From Nitrosopumilaceae archaeon (GTDB lineage: Archaea > Thermoproteota > Nitrososphaeria > Nitrososphaerales > Nitrosopumilaceae): 64,000 bases of DNA. A model generated the notes under the pieces. It was not told the DNA's origin. It searched no databases and worked only from the letters and a program-made list of their open reading frames with translations. The first letter of the stretch is position 1. The number at the start of each line of letters is the position of its first letter. A program made the position numbers and the translations under genes. Below are positions 1 to 10,286 of the stretch, one piece after another. Location: the NCBI GenBank assembly GCA_965207375.1, contig OZ242274.1:224001-288000 (forward strand). Direction: 5' to 3'.

Positions 1-407
1 TGGCTGTATTTGCATTGGCAGCCTTTGGACTGTACATGTTTAAAAGATCAAAAAAACAAACCGTACAAACCATCACGATACAGCCCTCCTTTGATCATGT
101 GACTGTAGCAAAAAATATGATAAAACAAGGAAAAGAAAAATTCAACGAAAAAAAATACAAGGACGCATACGGTACGGTCAATCAGGCACTTCGATTATTT
201 TTAACACACGAGCTGCACCTAGATAGACAAATCACAAATGAGAATCTACTGGTGCATATATCTGGATCAGCTTATCCGGTGACTGACATTCAAAAATGTT
301 TTAGAATTGCAAGCCTAGTTGAATTTGCAAAATATTCTCCAAACTCAGAGGACTTTGATACTATGACTGTAATTTCAGAAAATATTGTGTCCGAATCTGT
401 AAAATAG
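1..407 (+). CDS. Hypothetical protein, C-terminal part (probably runs off the window edge)
   Basis: Open frame with a TM-like segment followed by a helical domain; true start probably lies upstream of the window. Confidence 0.6.
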   Translation, partial: AVFALAAFGLYMFKRSKKQTVQTITIQPSFDHVTVAKNMIKQGKEKFNEKKYKDAYGTVNQALRLFLTHELHLDRQITNENLLVHISGSAYPVTDIQKCFRIASLVEFAKYSPNSEDFDTMTVISENIVSESVK

Positions 408-425
408 ACACCTGCAAATTTAACT

Positions 426-911
426 CTATATTGAACAACAACTAGGCTTTTGAAGCCCCTTTGCTATCCAATAGATTGAAAATATCAAGACTCCAACTGA
501 GATCAATTTTAATTCCAATCCCTGCATCGGAAAAATAGACAGGCCACCTATGGCCCCTAAAATAACTGCAAGTGGAGCAGTACATGCAGGACATCCTGGT
601 GTAAAGGCTGCAAATATTCCAACAAATGCAGAACCGTTTGATTTTGCAGAGTTTATCATTTTCATTCTTTTTATCTTAAATGCAATCATTGCAATATTGA
701 TTCCACCCAATACAGAAATTATTCCAGTCAAAGCAATTGATGATACAATGTACATGCCGTACTGTTCTGATACTATATCTATATGGCCCGGCAGCATTGC
801 CATTGTCAAAAAAAAGTACAATACTCCTAGTATTGTACAAGAAATTGCTGCAATTGCTGCGTATTTTTTAATTGTTAACACATTGGAGACAAGCTGTAAT
901 TTACTAACCAC
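426..911 (-). CDS. Membrane protein with CPAC (CxxC) motif
   Basis: About 4 hydrophobic helices, TPGCPAC motif, C-terminal CC. Confidence 0.7.
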   Translation of the reverse strand: MVSKLQLVSNVLTIKKYAAIAAISCTILGVLYFFLTMAMLPGHIDIVSEQYGMYIVSSIALTGIISVLGGINIAMIAFKIKRMKMINSAKSNGSAFVGIFAAFTPGCPACTAPLAVILGAIGGLSIFPMQGLELKLISVGVLIFSIYWIAKGLQKPSCCSI

Positions 912-992
912 GTACTTGTTATCTGTTTCTGCTATTTTAATTATTTTTCAGATGATAACTGTTATTACTATAATCGTGCCAACTTTTCACTA

Positions 993-1241
993 ATGGAATT
1001 GAGCCACGACGAGAAATTTACACTTGTACAACATGCAATTCAAAAGTATGAAAATGAACAGGAATTATTTGACAAACTCAAAACCGTTTTAGATGAAAAA
1101 ACAGCCCAACGAATCATTGATACTTTGATTGGAACTCAAAAGGTTAAAAGAATTGGGTCTGAAATTCTACAAAACAATCAAAGCCATACAGAATTGCCAA
1201 AACTACCTGACCATCTAAAGCCAATTATTGACCGACTTTAA
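993..1241 (+). CDS. Small hypothetical protein
   Basis: 82-aa ORF with normal composition, abutting the convergent radical SAM gene. Confidence 0.65.
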   Translation: MELSHDEKFTLVQHAIQKYENEQELFDKLKTVLDEKTAQRIIDTLIGTQKVKRIGSEILQNNQSHTELPKLPDHLKPIIDRL

Positions 1242-2122
1242 AATCCGCGCAATCCTTGTGGCCTGACAGTTTCGGGATGCTGCTGTAGCCAATCTAGCTG
1301 TTTTAACATGCCTTGCTTGTCCTGTGGAAACGTACCCTTGATGTTGTATGCATTAGAGCCGTGATTTGCCCTAAATATTACCTCGTCTTTTACATCTATT
1401 TGCTCAATTAAATTATGTAGCTCCTCTAGTGCATCATCGTCATTAATTCTGACAAATTCTCCCTCATATTTTTCTATAAATTCCTCTTTGATTCCATTTT
1501 CTAAATATAGAGTTAATGCTCCTACATAGTTTGGGGCACACGCATTAATTACTTGGGCTGTTCCATTGATGTGTTCCTTTGAATATTTTTGTCCGCCCAA
1601 ACCCAAAATTACCATACAGGAAATTGTATATCCTGCATCCTTTGCCTTTTTTACTGATTTTATGATGGTTTTGCCAATTGCTCCCTTTGTAACCTTTTTT
1701 AAGACAATATCTGATCCGCTTTCAATTCCCAGATACAGCATGTCTAATCCTGCTGATTTCATCATGTGCAGTTCATCATTTGTTTTTTTTAATAGATTCA
1801 TCGGCATTGCATAGCAAGAAATTCTTTCAATTGCAGAAAATTTCTCCCTGATATATTTGACTATCTGTACCATGTAATCTGTTTCCAAGTTCAATGCGTC
1901 GCCGTCTGCCAAAAATACTCTTTTTGTTTGCGGTGCATATTTTGCCATCATGTCAATTTCTGCTTTTACCTCATCCCAGGGCCTTTCTGAATATTGCTTT
2001 GATCTATACATGTCACAAAAGGAGCATTCGTTAAAGGAGCATCCAAGTGTAACTTGAAAAATCAAAGATTTAGCTTCTGATGGTGGTCTGTACAGCGGAT
2101 AGTCATAATTTAGCTCCATCAT
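1238..2122 (-). CDS. Radical SAM protein
   Basis: CxxxCxxC (CSFNECSFC), YRPPSEA, GIESGSD motifs. Confidence 0.9.
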   Translation of the reverse strand: MMELNYDYPLYRPPSEAKSLIFQVTLGCSFNECSFCDMYRSKQYSERPWDEVKAEIDMMAKYAPQTKRVFLADGDALNLETDYMVQIVKYIREKFSAIERISCYAMPMNLLKKTNDELHMMKSAGLDMLYLGIESGSDIVLKKVTKGAIGKTIIKSVKKAKDAGYTISCMVILGLGGQKYSKEHINGTAQVINACAPNYVGALTLYLENGIKEEFIEKYEGEFVRINDDDALEELHNLIEQIDVKDEVIFRANHGSNAYNIKGTFPQDKQGMLKQLDWLQQHPETVRPQGLRGF

Positions 2123-2205
2123 ATATTGGAGACATTTGTTGGGATTTTTATGTTTATTCGTATTTTATGCAAATACCTTTAGTCTTTTGTATATATACAT
2201 CACAC

Positions 2206-2508
2206 ATGGCCAATGATCCGCATGCAAAACGATTACTATGGTTTGTTTTTGCAGGTTCAAGGGGAGGAGTTAACCGATTGCGTATTATTTTTGCGTTGCA
2301 GCAAAATCCATCAAACACAAACCAACTGTCCAAAAAACTAGGTCTAGATTACAAGGCCATCCAGCATCATATTGGGGTTTTGGAAAAAAACAACCTGATT
2401 GACAGGGCAGGCCAGAAATACGGTGTAACTTATTTTGTATCTGACTTTTTACAAGTAAATATGGAGGCATTTGAAGAAATTGCAAAGAAATTGGATAAAA
2501 GTAAATAA
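2206..2508 (+). CDS. ArsR-like winged-helix transcriptional regulator
   Basis: GSRGG..R..I..NQL...LDYKAIQHH..VL pattern; start moved to the ATG at 2206. Confidence 0.85.
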   Translation: MANDPHAKRLLWFVFAGSRGGVNRLRIIFALQQNPSNTNQLSKKLGLDYKAIQHHIGVLEKNNLIDRAGQKYGVTYFVSDFLQVNMEAFEEIAKKLDKSK

Positions 2509-2533
2509 GCTTAGAATAGAGGTTGAACTTTAA

Positions 2534-2818
2534 ATGGAATCTACATCTGCAATTTTGTCTATAGTTTCAATTGCCAATATTATCGTTTTGGGCATACTGA
2601 TTGGAACCTTTGGAAAAATGTACGCCAAAACAAGAGCCCAGCTTCCCTTGGGAATGATAGTTGTTGCAGGTATGCTGATACTTCACAATGTAATTGGAGC
2701 TGCTGCGTACTTTTCAATGCATGAACTTTTCTCGCACGACATATTCCCATACATGTTAGGTGTGGGCATTGCAGAACTAGCCGGATTGCTTATCTTTTTG
2801 AAAATAACTTTGGATTAA
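2534..2818 (+). CDS. Small membrane protein (3 TM)
   Basis: Three hydrophobic segments, downstream of the ArsR gene. Confidence 0.7.
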   Translation: MESTSAILSIVSIANIIVLGILIGTFGKMYAKTRAQLPLGMIVVAGMLILHNVIGAAAYFSMHELFSHDIFPYMLGVGIAELAGLLIFLKITLD

Positions 2819-2843
2819 GTTCTAGTTTATTTGTGGCAGGCAA

Positions 2844-3299
2844 ATGTGTCATACTGTGAATTCAAAGTCAAAACAGTACGTACTGCTTAACAAAAATATA
2901 CTAGTTGCAATTACAGCCTCCATTATTATTTCTGCAATTGCAGCACAGCTTTTGGCAGATCAAGAAGACTATCTTAACACAACTTATACGTTAATTGTGG
3001 ATTATGTTGTATATTTTGGAGTATTTTCTATACTGTTTTATTTTGATAACAGACACAAATACAGACAAAATTCTGATAATGTCTATCTGAGACAGGATTT
3101 GATTAAGATTATCACATCTCTGGGAATAGGTGAAATAATATACACTATATCTCGATGGTTCTTTCAGTACTATTTTTTGACCATACAGTATGACCCGTAT
3201 CTTGCATCAATTATTGGCCATGTTATATCTGCTGCACTATACCTGATAGTGATAAATTTAAGTGTCAAAATTACAAGACTGTTCAAAGATGACAATTAG
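2844..3299 (+). CDS. Membrane protein (about 4 TM, GtrA-like)
   Basis: Hydrophobic helices; overlaps the RNase H start. Confidence 0.6.
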   Translation: MCHTVNSKSKQYVLLNKNILVAITASIIISAIAAQLLADQEDYLNTTYTLIVDYVVYFGVFSILFYFDNRHKYRQNSDNVYLRQDLIKIITSLGIGEIIYTISRWFFQYYFLTIQYDPYLASIIGHVISAALYLIVINLSVKITRLFKDDN

Positions 3300-3645
3300 T
3301 GTTTATACGGACGGTTCGGGAGGCTCAAATTCAGGCTTTGGCTTTTTTGTAAAAGAATCTGGAAAATCCTCTTACAAAAAAGTCGACGGCTTGACAAACA
3401 ATCAGGCAGAGTATCTGGCCATAATTTTGGCGTTAAAGGAATTTGAAGATACAGATGATGATGTTATCATTTACAGTGATTCAAAAAATACCATATGCCA
3501 GCTTAATCATGAATTTGCAATCAACAACGATGCATTGCGCGAATTTGCCCGTCAGGCCTGGGAAATCATTGCAAGATATTCTAGTCTTAAACTGCAATGG
3601 GTTCCTCGCAGGCAGAATCTTGCAGGAAAAATGCTTGGAAGCTAA
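3289..3645 (+). CDS. rnhA: Ribonuclease HI
   Basis: YTDGS, TNNQAEY, YSDS, WVPR..N.A motifs. Confidence 0.9.
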   Translation: MTISVYTDGSGGSNSGFGFFVKESGKSSYKKVDGLTNNQAEYLAIILALKEFEDTDDDVIIYSDSKNTICQLNHEFAINNDALREFARQAWEIIARYSSLKLQWVPRRQNLAGKMLGS

Positions 3646-3729
3646 ATGTTACCTTGTGTATTTTATGGTGTATCATCCTAGGGCTTGTATAAACCACAGG
3701 TATCATTTGATTATAGCATCAAATTTGAT

Positions 3730-5061
3730 CTACTTTAACTGTCTTTGTATTTTTTTGCCTTTTTCAGTAATTTGGTAATATTGTTTTTGTCCAATTTTTT
3801 TACAAAGTTTGACATATTCCAAATCAAAAAGAATGTCTATGCAGGCCTTTAGACCTTGACGATTTTCAATCCCTGTCTGTATCGCCTCTAGATTAGCTTT
3901 GATAAATTCTGTGGCAGGTAAATGTGTCAAAACATTATACAGTGTCGAGTCAGAGTTTGAAACAGAGCCAAGATTCAACCGCCAATGTTTGCCACCTGCC
4001 CCCATAATGAAACAAAGATATGATGTGTCCTTTTTATAATAGATGTATGTATCTTTTTTTCCTTTGATGCTTTTATCTGACTCGGTCTTGAAGGCAAGTT
4101 TGTATCCATTTGGAATGTTAGCTGACAAATCAACAAAGTCTGTTTCAAAGAATCCGTCTTGCAGTTTTTCAGACCATGATTCTTTGTGATAAACAGGAAT
4201 CAGATAATCTCCAACCCTAAGTTTGTGTTTAACGCGTTTTTTAGCCTCAGTTACATACTCTTTTCGTATGTCTAGACCAATGTATTTTCTCCCCATGTTA
4301 CATGCAACCTTGGTGGTTTGACCGCTACCGTTCATTGGATCTAATACGACATCTCCTTTTTGCGTCAACAGCGTTATTAATCTCCATGGAATTTGTTCGG
4401 GAAATGGCACCGGATGGTTAGTAATGCCGGGTGGAACAGGGGCAATATTCCAAATCGAATTTGCCAATTCACGCTTTAGGATTCTGTTTAGCGGAATTTT
4501 GTTTTGGTTATTTTTTATAATGCCGTTGCGGCCCTTTCCTTTCTGTAAAATCAAGATGCTTTCATGCATGATATTTGCACGAAAATAACCTGGATAGGGA
4601 AACTGGACAAATATTCCAAATCTATTGCCGGATCCATTTCTACCTGATGTAACCTTGTGCCAAATAATCATGTCTCTGAATCGCCATTTGGAGTCATCAT
4701 CGTCATTTTCTAAATTGACTAGTCTGGATAGCAATAATGAAGGAAGTGGAATTAATTTCCCGTTAACTACTTCATCACCTACAACTATACAGCAGAATCC
4801 TCCCTCCTTGGTAACCTTAAAGACCTGCTCGTAGATTTCTTGCATTGTATCAAGATAAGCCTCAGTAGTCTGACTGCCTGTACCCCTCATCCAGACATCG
4901 TCATTATTTTTTACATTATTGACATGTTGGGAATAATCTATTGCATTTCTGTATGGTGGGGAGGTAACAGTAAGAGACACACTGTTAGGCTCGATATATT
5001 TTGTCAACTCACGGGCATCTGCCTGAAAAATATCATTTAATCGATATTTGTGTACAAGCAT
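3730..5061 (-). CDS. Site-specific DNA amino-methyltransferase (beta class, N4mC/N6mA) with C-terminal extension
   Basis: TSPPY (motif IV) precedes HPVPFP and VLDPMNGSGQT (motif I). Confidence 0.88.
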   Translation of the reverse strand: MLVHKYRLNDIFQADARELTKYIEPNSVSLTVTSPPYRNAIDYSQHVNNVKNNDDVWMRGTGSQTTEAYLDTMQEIYEQVFKVTKEGGFCCIVVGDEVVNGKLIPLPSLLLSRLVNLENDDDDSKWRFRDMIIWHKVTSGRNGSGNRFGIFVQFPYPGYFRANIMHESILILQKGKGRNGIIKNNQNKIPLNRILKRELANSIWNIAPVPPGITNHPVPFPEQIPWRLITLLTQKGDVVLDPMNGSGQTTKVACNMGRKYIGLDIRKEYVTEAKKRVKHKLRVGDYLIPVYHKESWSEKLQDGFFETDFVDLSANIPNGYKLAFKTESDKSIKGKKDTYIYYKKDTSYLCFIMGAGGKHWRLNLGSVSNSDSTLYNVLTHLPATEFIKANLEAIQTGIENRQGLKACIDILFDLEYVKLCKKIGQKQYYQITEKGKKIQRQLK

Positions 5062-5303
5062 TACAATTTACGCATCTTGCGTATTCAAAAACTTTCCTAA
5101 AAGCATTCAAAATATTTCTGTATCTTTTTGTATATTAGATCTGTGCATGTCTTAGATACCAAATTATACTACAAAATTTCATACTGCGAGCAAAAAACTG
5201 TAAATTAGCATTTCTGCCAATATCTTACAGGTTCATTTCAGATCCGTATCGTGCAACTACCAAAGGCTTATAATGCATTTTAAAACTTTTGATAAAGGTC
5301 TCG

Positions 5304-6737
5304 TTGGAATTTAAAGAAGGATTAACTTTTGATGACGTTCTTCTCATGCCCAAATATTCAGATATTACAAGCAGATCTCAGACCAACCTTCAAACTAAAC
5401 TCTCAAAAAACATTTCATTAAATATTCCTCTTGTCAGTGCCAATATGGACACTGTCACCGAATCCTCGATGGCAACAGTCATGGCCCAGCAGGGCGGCAT
5501 TGGCATAATTCACCGCTTTTTGACCATTAAAGAGCAAGTAAATGAGGTTCTCAAAGTAAAACGTTCAGGCAGTGTAATGATTGAGAATCCTTATACGATT
5601 AGTTCTGAACAAACCGTTCAAAATGCACTTGATTATACCGATGAAAAGGGGACCTCAGGACTGCTTGTAGTTGATTCGGATTTAAAACTAGCAGGAATTG
5701 TTACTGCAAGAGACCTACTCTTTGAATCAGACGTTTCAAAACCGATAAAAGCTGTTATGACAAAAGATGTTGTTACTGCCAAGCTAGGAATCAGCCTAGA
5801 GGATGCAAAATCCATTTTACACAAAAACAAAATTGAAAAACTCCCCCTAGTTGATGAATCATCAAAAGTAAGGGGATTAATTACAAGCAAAGATATTACT
5901 GACATTGAGGATTTTCCGGCAGCAGTAAAGGACAAAAAAGGAAGACCGCTTGTAGGTGCTGCAGTGGGTGTAAAGGGAGACTTTATGGAAAGAACAGAAT
6001 CACTGCTAGAGGCTGACGCAGATGCAATTGTTGTCGATATTGCACACGGACACAGTGAAAATGCAATAAGCACCATCAAAAATATCAAAAAGGCATTTCC
6101 TGATTGTGAGCTTATTGCAGGCAATGTAGCTACGGGGGCAGGTACTGCAGATCTTATTCGGGCAGGAGTGGATTCTGTCAAGGTGGGTGTAGGCTCTGGC
6201 TCGATTTGTATTACACGTGTAATTACAGGTTCAGGTGTTCCACAACTTACAGCCGTACTCGAATGTGCAAAAATTGGACGAGACTATGGAGTTCCAATTA
6301 TTTCAGATGGTGGCACTAGAACCTCTGGTGATGCAACCAAGGCACTAGCTGCAGGTGCGTCAGCGGTCATGGTTGGAAGCATGCTTGGGGGAACCGATGA
6401 ATCTCCTGGAACGGTACTGACAAAAAATGGTAAACGCTTCAAGGTGTATCGTGGAATGGCATCTTTGGCAGCATCTTTGGGTAGAAAATCAAAGGAAACA
6501 GGCAATACTGCCTTAGACGATGATCTCAATGACTATGTTGCTGAAGGAGTAGAGGCCATGGTTCCATACAAGGGCACCGTAGTTGATATTCTCAAACAAC
6601 TAACCGGCGGGCTTCGTTCTGGTCTTAGTTATTGTGGTGCACATACCATACCTCAAATGCAGCAAAATGCAGAATTTATCAAAATGTCAGGGGCAGGATT
6701 TGCAGAAAGTCAGCCTCATGACGTGTCTTTGATGTAA
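5304..6737 (+). CDS. guaB: IMP dehydrogenase with CBS pair
   Basis: [33 protein letters not shown] motifs. Confidence 0.97.
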   Translation: MEFKEGLTFDDVLLMPKYSDITSRSQTNLQTKLSKNISLNIPLVSANMDTVTESSMATVMAQQGGIGIIHRFLTIKEQVNEVLKVKRSGSVMIENPYTISSEQTVQNALDYTDEKGTSGLLVVDSDLKLAGIVTARDLLFESDVSKPIKAVMTKDVVTAKLGISLEDAKSILHKNKIEKLPLVDESSKVRGLITSKDITDIEDFPAAVKDKKGRPLVGAAVGVKGDFMERTESLLEADADAIVVDIAHGHSENAISTIKNIKKAFPDCELIAGNVATGAGTADLIRAGVDSVKVGVGSGSICITRVITGSGVPQLTAVLECAKIGRDYGVPIISDGGTRTSGDATKALAAGASAVMVGSMLGGTDESPGTVLTKNGKRFKVYRGMASLAASLGRKSKETGNTALDDDLNDYVAEGVEAMVPYKGTVVDILKQLTGGLRSGLSYCGAHTIPQMQQNAEFIKMSGAGFAESQPHDVSLM

Positions 6738-7177
6738 GATTTATCCAAAATAAAATCATGTCACATATGCCGACGATCTTAAAATGTTGGTTTTATTGTA
6801 CGATGTATCAAAATTATGCAATTGCTAGAGTCTGAGCAGGCTGCAATCTAGATTCGAAACGACAGTTTGTTTTTGCAAATTGTGATGCTGTATAGTATAG
6901 ACATGGCGACATAATTTGTCAATCAGGTGTTAGGGGTTTTCTTGACACTATAACTTGTGTAATTGAACAGTATAGTTAGAATGTATCTTTTTGCCAAGAT
7001 ATTATCGTGCAAAATTTCACCGTAAACTGCAAAATTCACTTGACCTAGTCACTTGATATAATCCGAATTAATCTTAGATTTTTCTTATACTGTTGCCAAG
7101 TCTTTAATCAAATCTTGTGTTTGATTAATGCCTGCATTTACGGCAAAATCTCAGAACACATTTGCCATGTATTTATC

Positions 7178-7582
7178 TTACCACAAATCCACCTTATCAT
7201 TTTGCCATATTTTGGGAGTACTACGTCTAGAACTTTCGTAGCTGTCACCATTCCATATCCGGTTTAGTTCCTTGCCTAAATCCTGTCTTTTTCTGCGCCT
7301 TTTTCTACCTGATGATTTTTTACTTCTGTCCTTCATTAGTTCTTTACCCATTAGTCTTAATGCAATTATGGTGTTTTTGCCGTATTCTTTGAGTTTTGCA
7401 CGTCTTTCCTTTTTCTTTTCTTCCCCTGTTTTATAGCCCTCTAAAATGACATCATACTTGGATGATATCTTTTCTTGATCTTCCATACTGTATTTCCTCC
7501 ATGCTTTGTACTTCATTTTTATCTTCTTTTTGGCCAGTCTTTTCTTGTACCTATTACGATACGCTTTATCCCTGTATGTCAT
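7178..7582 (-). CDS. Highly basic hypothetical protein
   Basis: 134-aa Lys/Arg-rich ORF; no recognised motif. Confidence 0.5.
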   Translation of the reverse strand: MTYRDKAYRNRYKKRLAKKKIKMKYKAWRKYSMEDQEKISSKYDVILEGYKTGEEKKKERRAKLKEYGKNTIIALRLMGKELMKDRSKKSSGRKRRRKRQDLGKELNRIWNGDSYESSRRSTPKIWQNDKVDLW

Positions 7583-7813
7583 AATGCCTTACATCCTGCT
7601 AGTTTTGTACTGCATTTTATTTCCATAATTATATCGTATACAAACTATGTTAAAAATAGATCTGATATATTGCGGTAAGAGTTGATTCGTAATTGGCAAA
7701 TCTTGCCAAAATTTACACTTGAGATTCACAACATATGCTGACTTGTGTTTTATCAAATACTAGCAAAAACTGTTAGACAGCCAAGGATTTTTCATATGGG
7801 AGTTAAGCAGTGC

Positions 7814-9943
7814 TTAATTTGTAGCCTCTAATTTCTTCAAAGTTTCAGCAATCTGTGCCCAGAGTGGATTAGAATATTTTTGAGTGTTGTTTTGGGCTTC
7901 AGCTGCAGTCATAGGATTATCATGTTCTGTAATGTTAAATGCTGCAAGTGTTCTATTCCATAAATCAGCTTGTTCTTTTACAGCTTCAATCAAAGTTGCA
8001 TTTACCGTGTATGTTGATTCTGGTACTGGTTCTACTGTGGGTGTTGGCTCAATTGTAGGTACTGGTTCTATTGGTTCTACCTGTGGTGTATCTTGAGCAA
8101 TATTTGATGTTTGGTTAACCTGTGGTACGTGTATTTCCTGTGGTTCTTGCGGTGGTGTATTTTGTGTTGCGTTTTGCTGTTGTTGTTGCTGTTGTTGTTG
8201 CTGTTGTTGTTGCTGTTGTTGTTGCTGTTGTTGTTGCTGTTGTTGTTGCTGTTGTTGTTGCTGTTGTTGTTGCTGTTGTTGTTGCTGTTGTTGCTGTTGT
8301 TCAATTGCAGCCTCACGCTCTTGTAAGATATTTGCAATCTTGACCCATAATGGACTAGAGTATTTCTTTGTATTTGCCAGAGCCTCATCTGCAGTAAGTG
8401 GATTATCATGTTGTATCACCCCAAATGCTGCAAGTGCTCTATTCCATCTGTCAACGTGATCATGACCGTGATGTGTCATGGATGCAAGGAACTTTATGTC
8501 CTCAATTAGTTCTGGGTCAGCTGTAGGTATTGGTATAGATTCTGGTACAATTATCGGTGTATCTTGTGCAATATTTGATGTATGATTAATTTGTGGTACG
8601 TGTATTTCCTGTGGTTCTTGCTGTGGTGAATCTTGAGGTTGCTGTGCAGCCGCATCTATTGCAGCCTCTAATTTAGCCAGTTCTTGAGCTACTAAACCCC
8701 AAAATGCATTATTGTATTTTTTTACATTGGCCAGAGCCTCAGCTGCAGTCATAGGATTGTCATGTGCTATTTCTCCAAATGCTGCCAAGACCCTATTCCA
8801 TCTGTCAACATGATCTGCACCAAGATGAGTTTGTTGTGCCATTAATATTGCACCGTCTAATACTGCAGGATCAATTTCAGCTAATGGATTTTCTGGTATT
8901 GGAACGCCAGATTTGAGGTCACCGCCACTGTCATTGTCAGTTACACCAATTGTTATACTAGAAGGCCCAGATATTGTATATGTAGAGTGTGGGCGTATCG
9001 TTAACGTAACAACGCTGTCATCTTCGCTTTCGTTATCATTGACGGTGAATAATTCAACAGAGTTAGAGATGACGGTAAAATCCCCTGCATCAAGGGGGTT
9101 AACAACATTCCCGGTTTCAGATACGGTTAGATGTATTTCTGCTATGGTCCTAGACACATCCCATTGTGCAGTTACAGTTGTACCTTCAACCACAGATGGA
9201 TCTTGGGTAGTCCACCTCAAGTTACTTATTATAGGTAATGTAGTGGTAGTGCCACCAAACGAAGCCTCCCAATAATGTTGGCTACTTTGTATTATATCTG
9301 ATGGAGTGTGTGAATTTATCCAGTCATGGAGGTATGGGTTATCTGCAGTGCGTGTTATTATTGGTGAAACCTGGACAAGGAGTGATTCACCATTTACAGC
9401 ATTTCCTGTGATTGTACCCCATGAGGCACTACCTGTATTTGACCCTGCATTGATGGTTATCTTTTTGTAGAGGAAAGGAAGGTAGGTAGGGTTGGTTCCA
9501 GAGTCCCTGTCGGCCGTGCTGCCGTAGGTTGGAAATGTTTCAGTGTCGCTGCTAGTGCCGCCTATTGTGGCCATATTGGAATTACTGCATCTGTTTGCTG
9601 TACCGTATGGCTTGGAACTGTGAGATAATTGACAGTTATCAATTTGAACCCAAAATTCTATGTCTCCATTTGCTTCCTCATCTAGAGTTACAGTTACTGT
9701 GAAGGGGTGGCCGTGACCTGTATTACTGGTTGTGACTTGAGCCCTGTTGAACTCCTTAGCATCTGTGTAAAATTGAGGGGACATTTTATTGACTGGCTCA
9801 GGTACGGGGTCACAATGAGCCACTTTGGGTGTTCTTTCTGCGTAATAGCAAAATCCATGTTCGGAGAATGCCTCTGGTGTTTGAACACCAAGCAATAATG
9901 ATACTGAAACTGCCATAATAACTGCAAAGTATAATGTTTTCAC
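7814..9943 (-). CDS. Secreted/surface protein: signal peptide, Calx-beta-like domain, poly-Q linker and three copies of a ~60-aa HVDRWNR..HDNP..PLW module
   Basis: N-terminal signal peptide; SVVEG..VSETG..TVND.ESED..TIGVTDND segment; internal repeats. Confidence 0.85.
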   Translation of the reverse strand: MKTLYFAVIMAVSVSLLLGVQTPEAFSEHGFCYYAERTPKVAHCDPVPEPVNKMSPQFYTDAKEFNRAQVTTSNTGHGHPFTVTVTLDEEANGDIEFWVQIDNCQLSHSSKPYGTANRCSNSNMATIGGTSSDTETFPTYGSTADRDSGTNPTYLPFLYKKITINAGSNTGSASWGTITGNAVNGESLLVQVSPIITRTADNPYLHDWINSHTPSDIIQSSQHYWEASFGGTTTTLPIISNLRWTTQDPSVVEGTTVTAQWDVSRTIAEIHLTVSETGNVVNPLDAGDFTVISNSVELFTVNDNESEDDSVVTLTIRPHSTYTISGPSSITIGVTDNDSGGDLKSGVPIPENPLAEIDPAVLDGAILMAQQTHLGADHVDRWNRVLAAFGEIAHDNPMTAAEALANVKKYNNAFWGLVAQELAKLEAAIDAAAQQPQDSPQQEPQEIHVPQINHTSNIAQDTPIIVPESIPIPTADPELIEDIKFLASMTHHGHDHVDRWNRALAAFGVIQHDNPLTADEALANTKKYSSPLWVKIANILQEREAAIEQQQQQQQQQQQQQQQQQQQQQQQQQQQQQQQQQQQQQQQQQQNATQNTPPQEPQEIHVPQVNQTSNIAQDTPQVEPIEPVPTIEPTPTVEPVPESTYTVNATLIEAVKEQADLWNRTLAAFNITEHDNPMTAAEAQNNTQKYSNPLWAQIAETLKKLEATN
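8174..8299 (-). repeat. Poly-glutamine microsatellite, mostly (CAG CAA CAA CAA)n, about 42 Gln
   Basis: 12-nt periodic TTGCTGTTGTTG on the + strand. Confidence 0.97.
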
Positions 9944-9982
9944 GAAATTACGGGGGGGGGGTTCTAAAAAATGTTGTGATTT
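9944..9982 (-). promoter_or_regulatory. Putative promoter with C10 tract between the TATA-like box and the start codon
   Basis: caacaTTTTTTAGAA-C10-GTAATTTC-GTG; near-identical to 32025-32061. Confidence 0.6.
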
Positions 9983-10286
9983 GAGTAAAACACTATCAGA
10001 ATCGACACCAGGATAAATATAACATCATTTATTTCTATAATAAAACCTGCATGTCTCATGGTAGTACAATATACATTTCCTATTAAGCCCAAATACTGCT
10101 GATATGAGGTAACATTGGAGATAAAATCGAGTTGGCTTTCTGAAAAACAGTCACGATCAACAACTTTTAGATCGCTAACCTGCATGTTTTGTTGGTTCAA
10201 AATTAAGGCTAGATGTTAAATTTACTCGATTTTTGGTTATTTTAGAAAATCCTTGATCAAGGAATTTGTACTATATTAGGCAAAAA

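Noticed and set aside
8077-8409. Poly-Asn, poly-Leu and poly-Val ORFs
   Set aside because: Alternative-frame shadows of the poly-Q microsatellite
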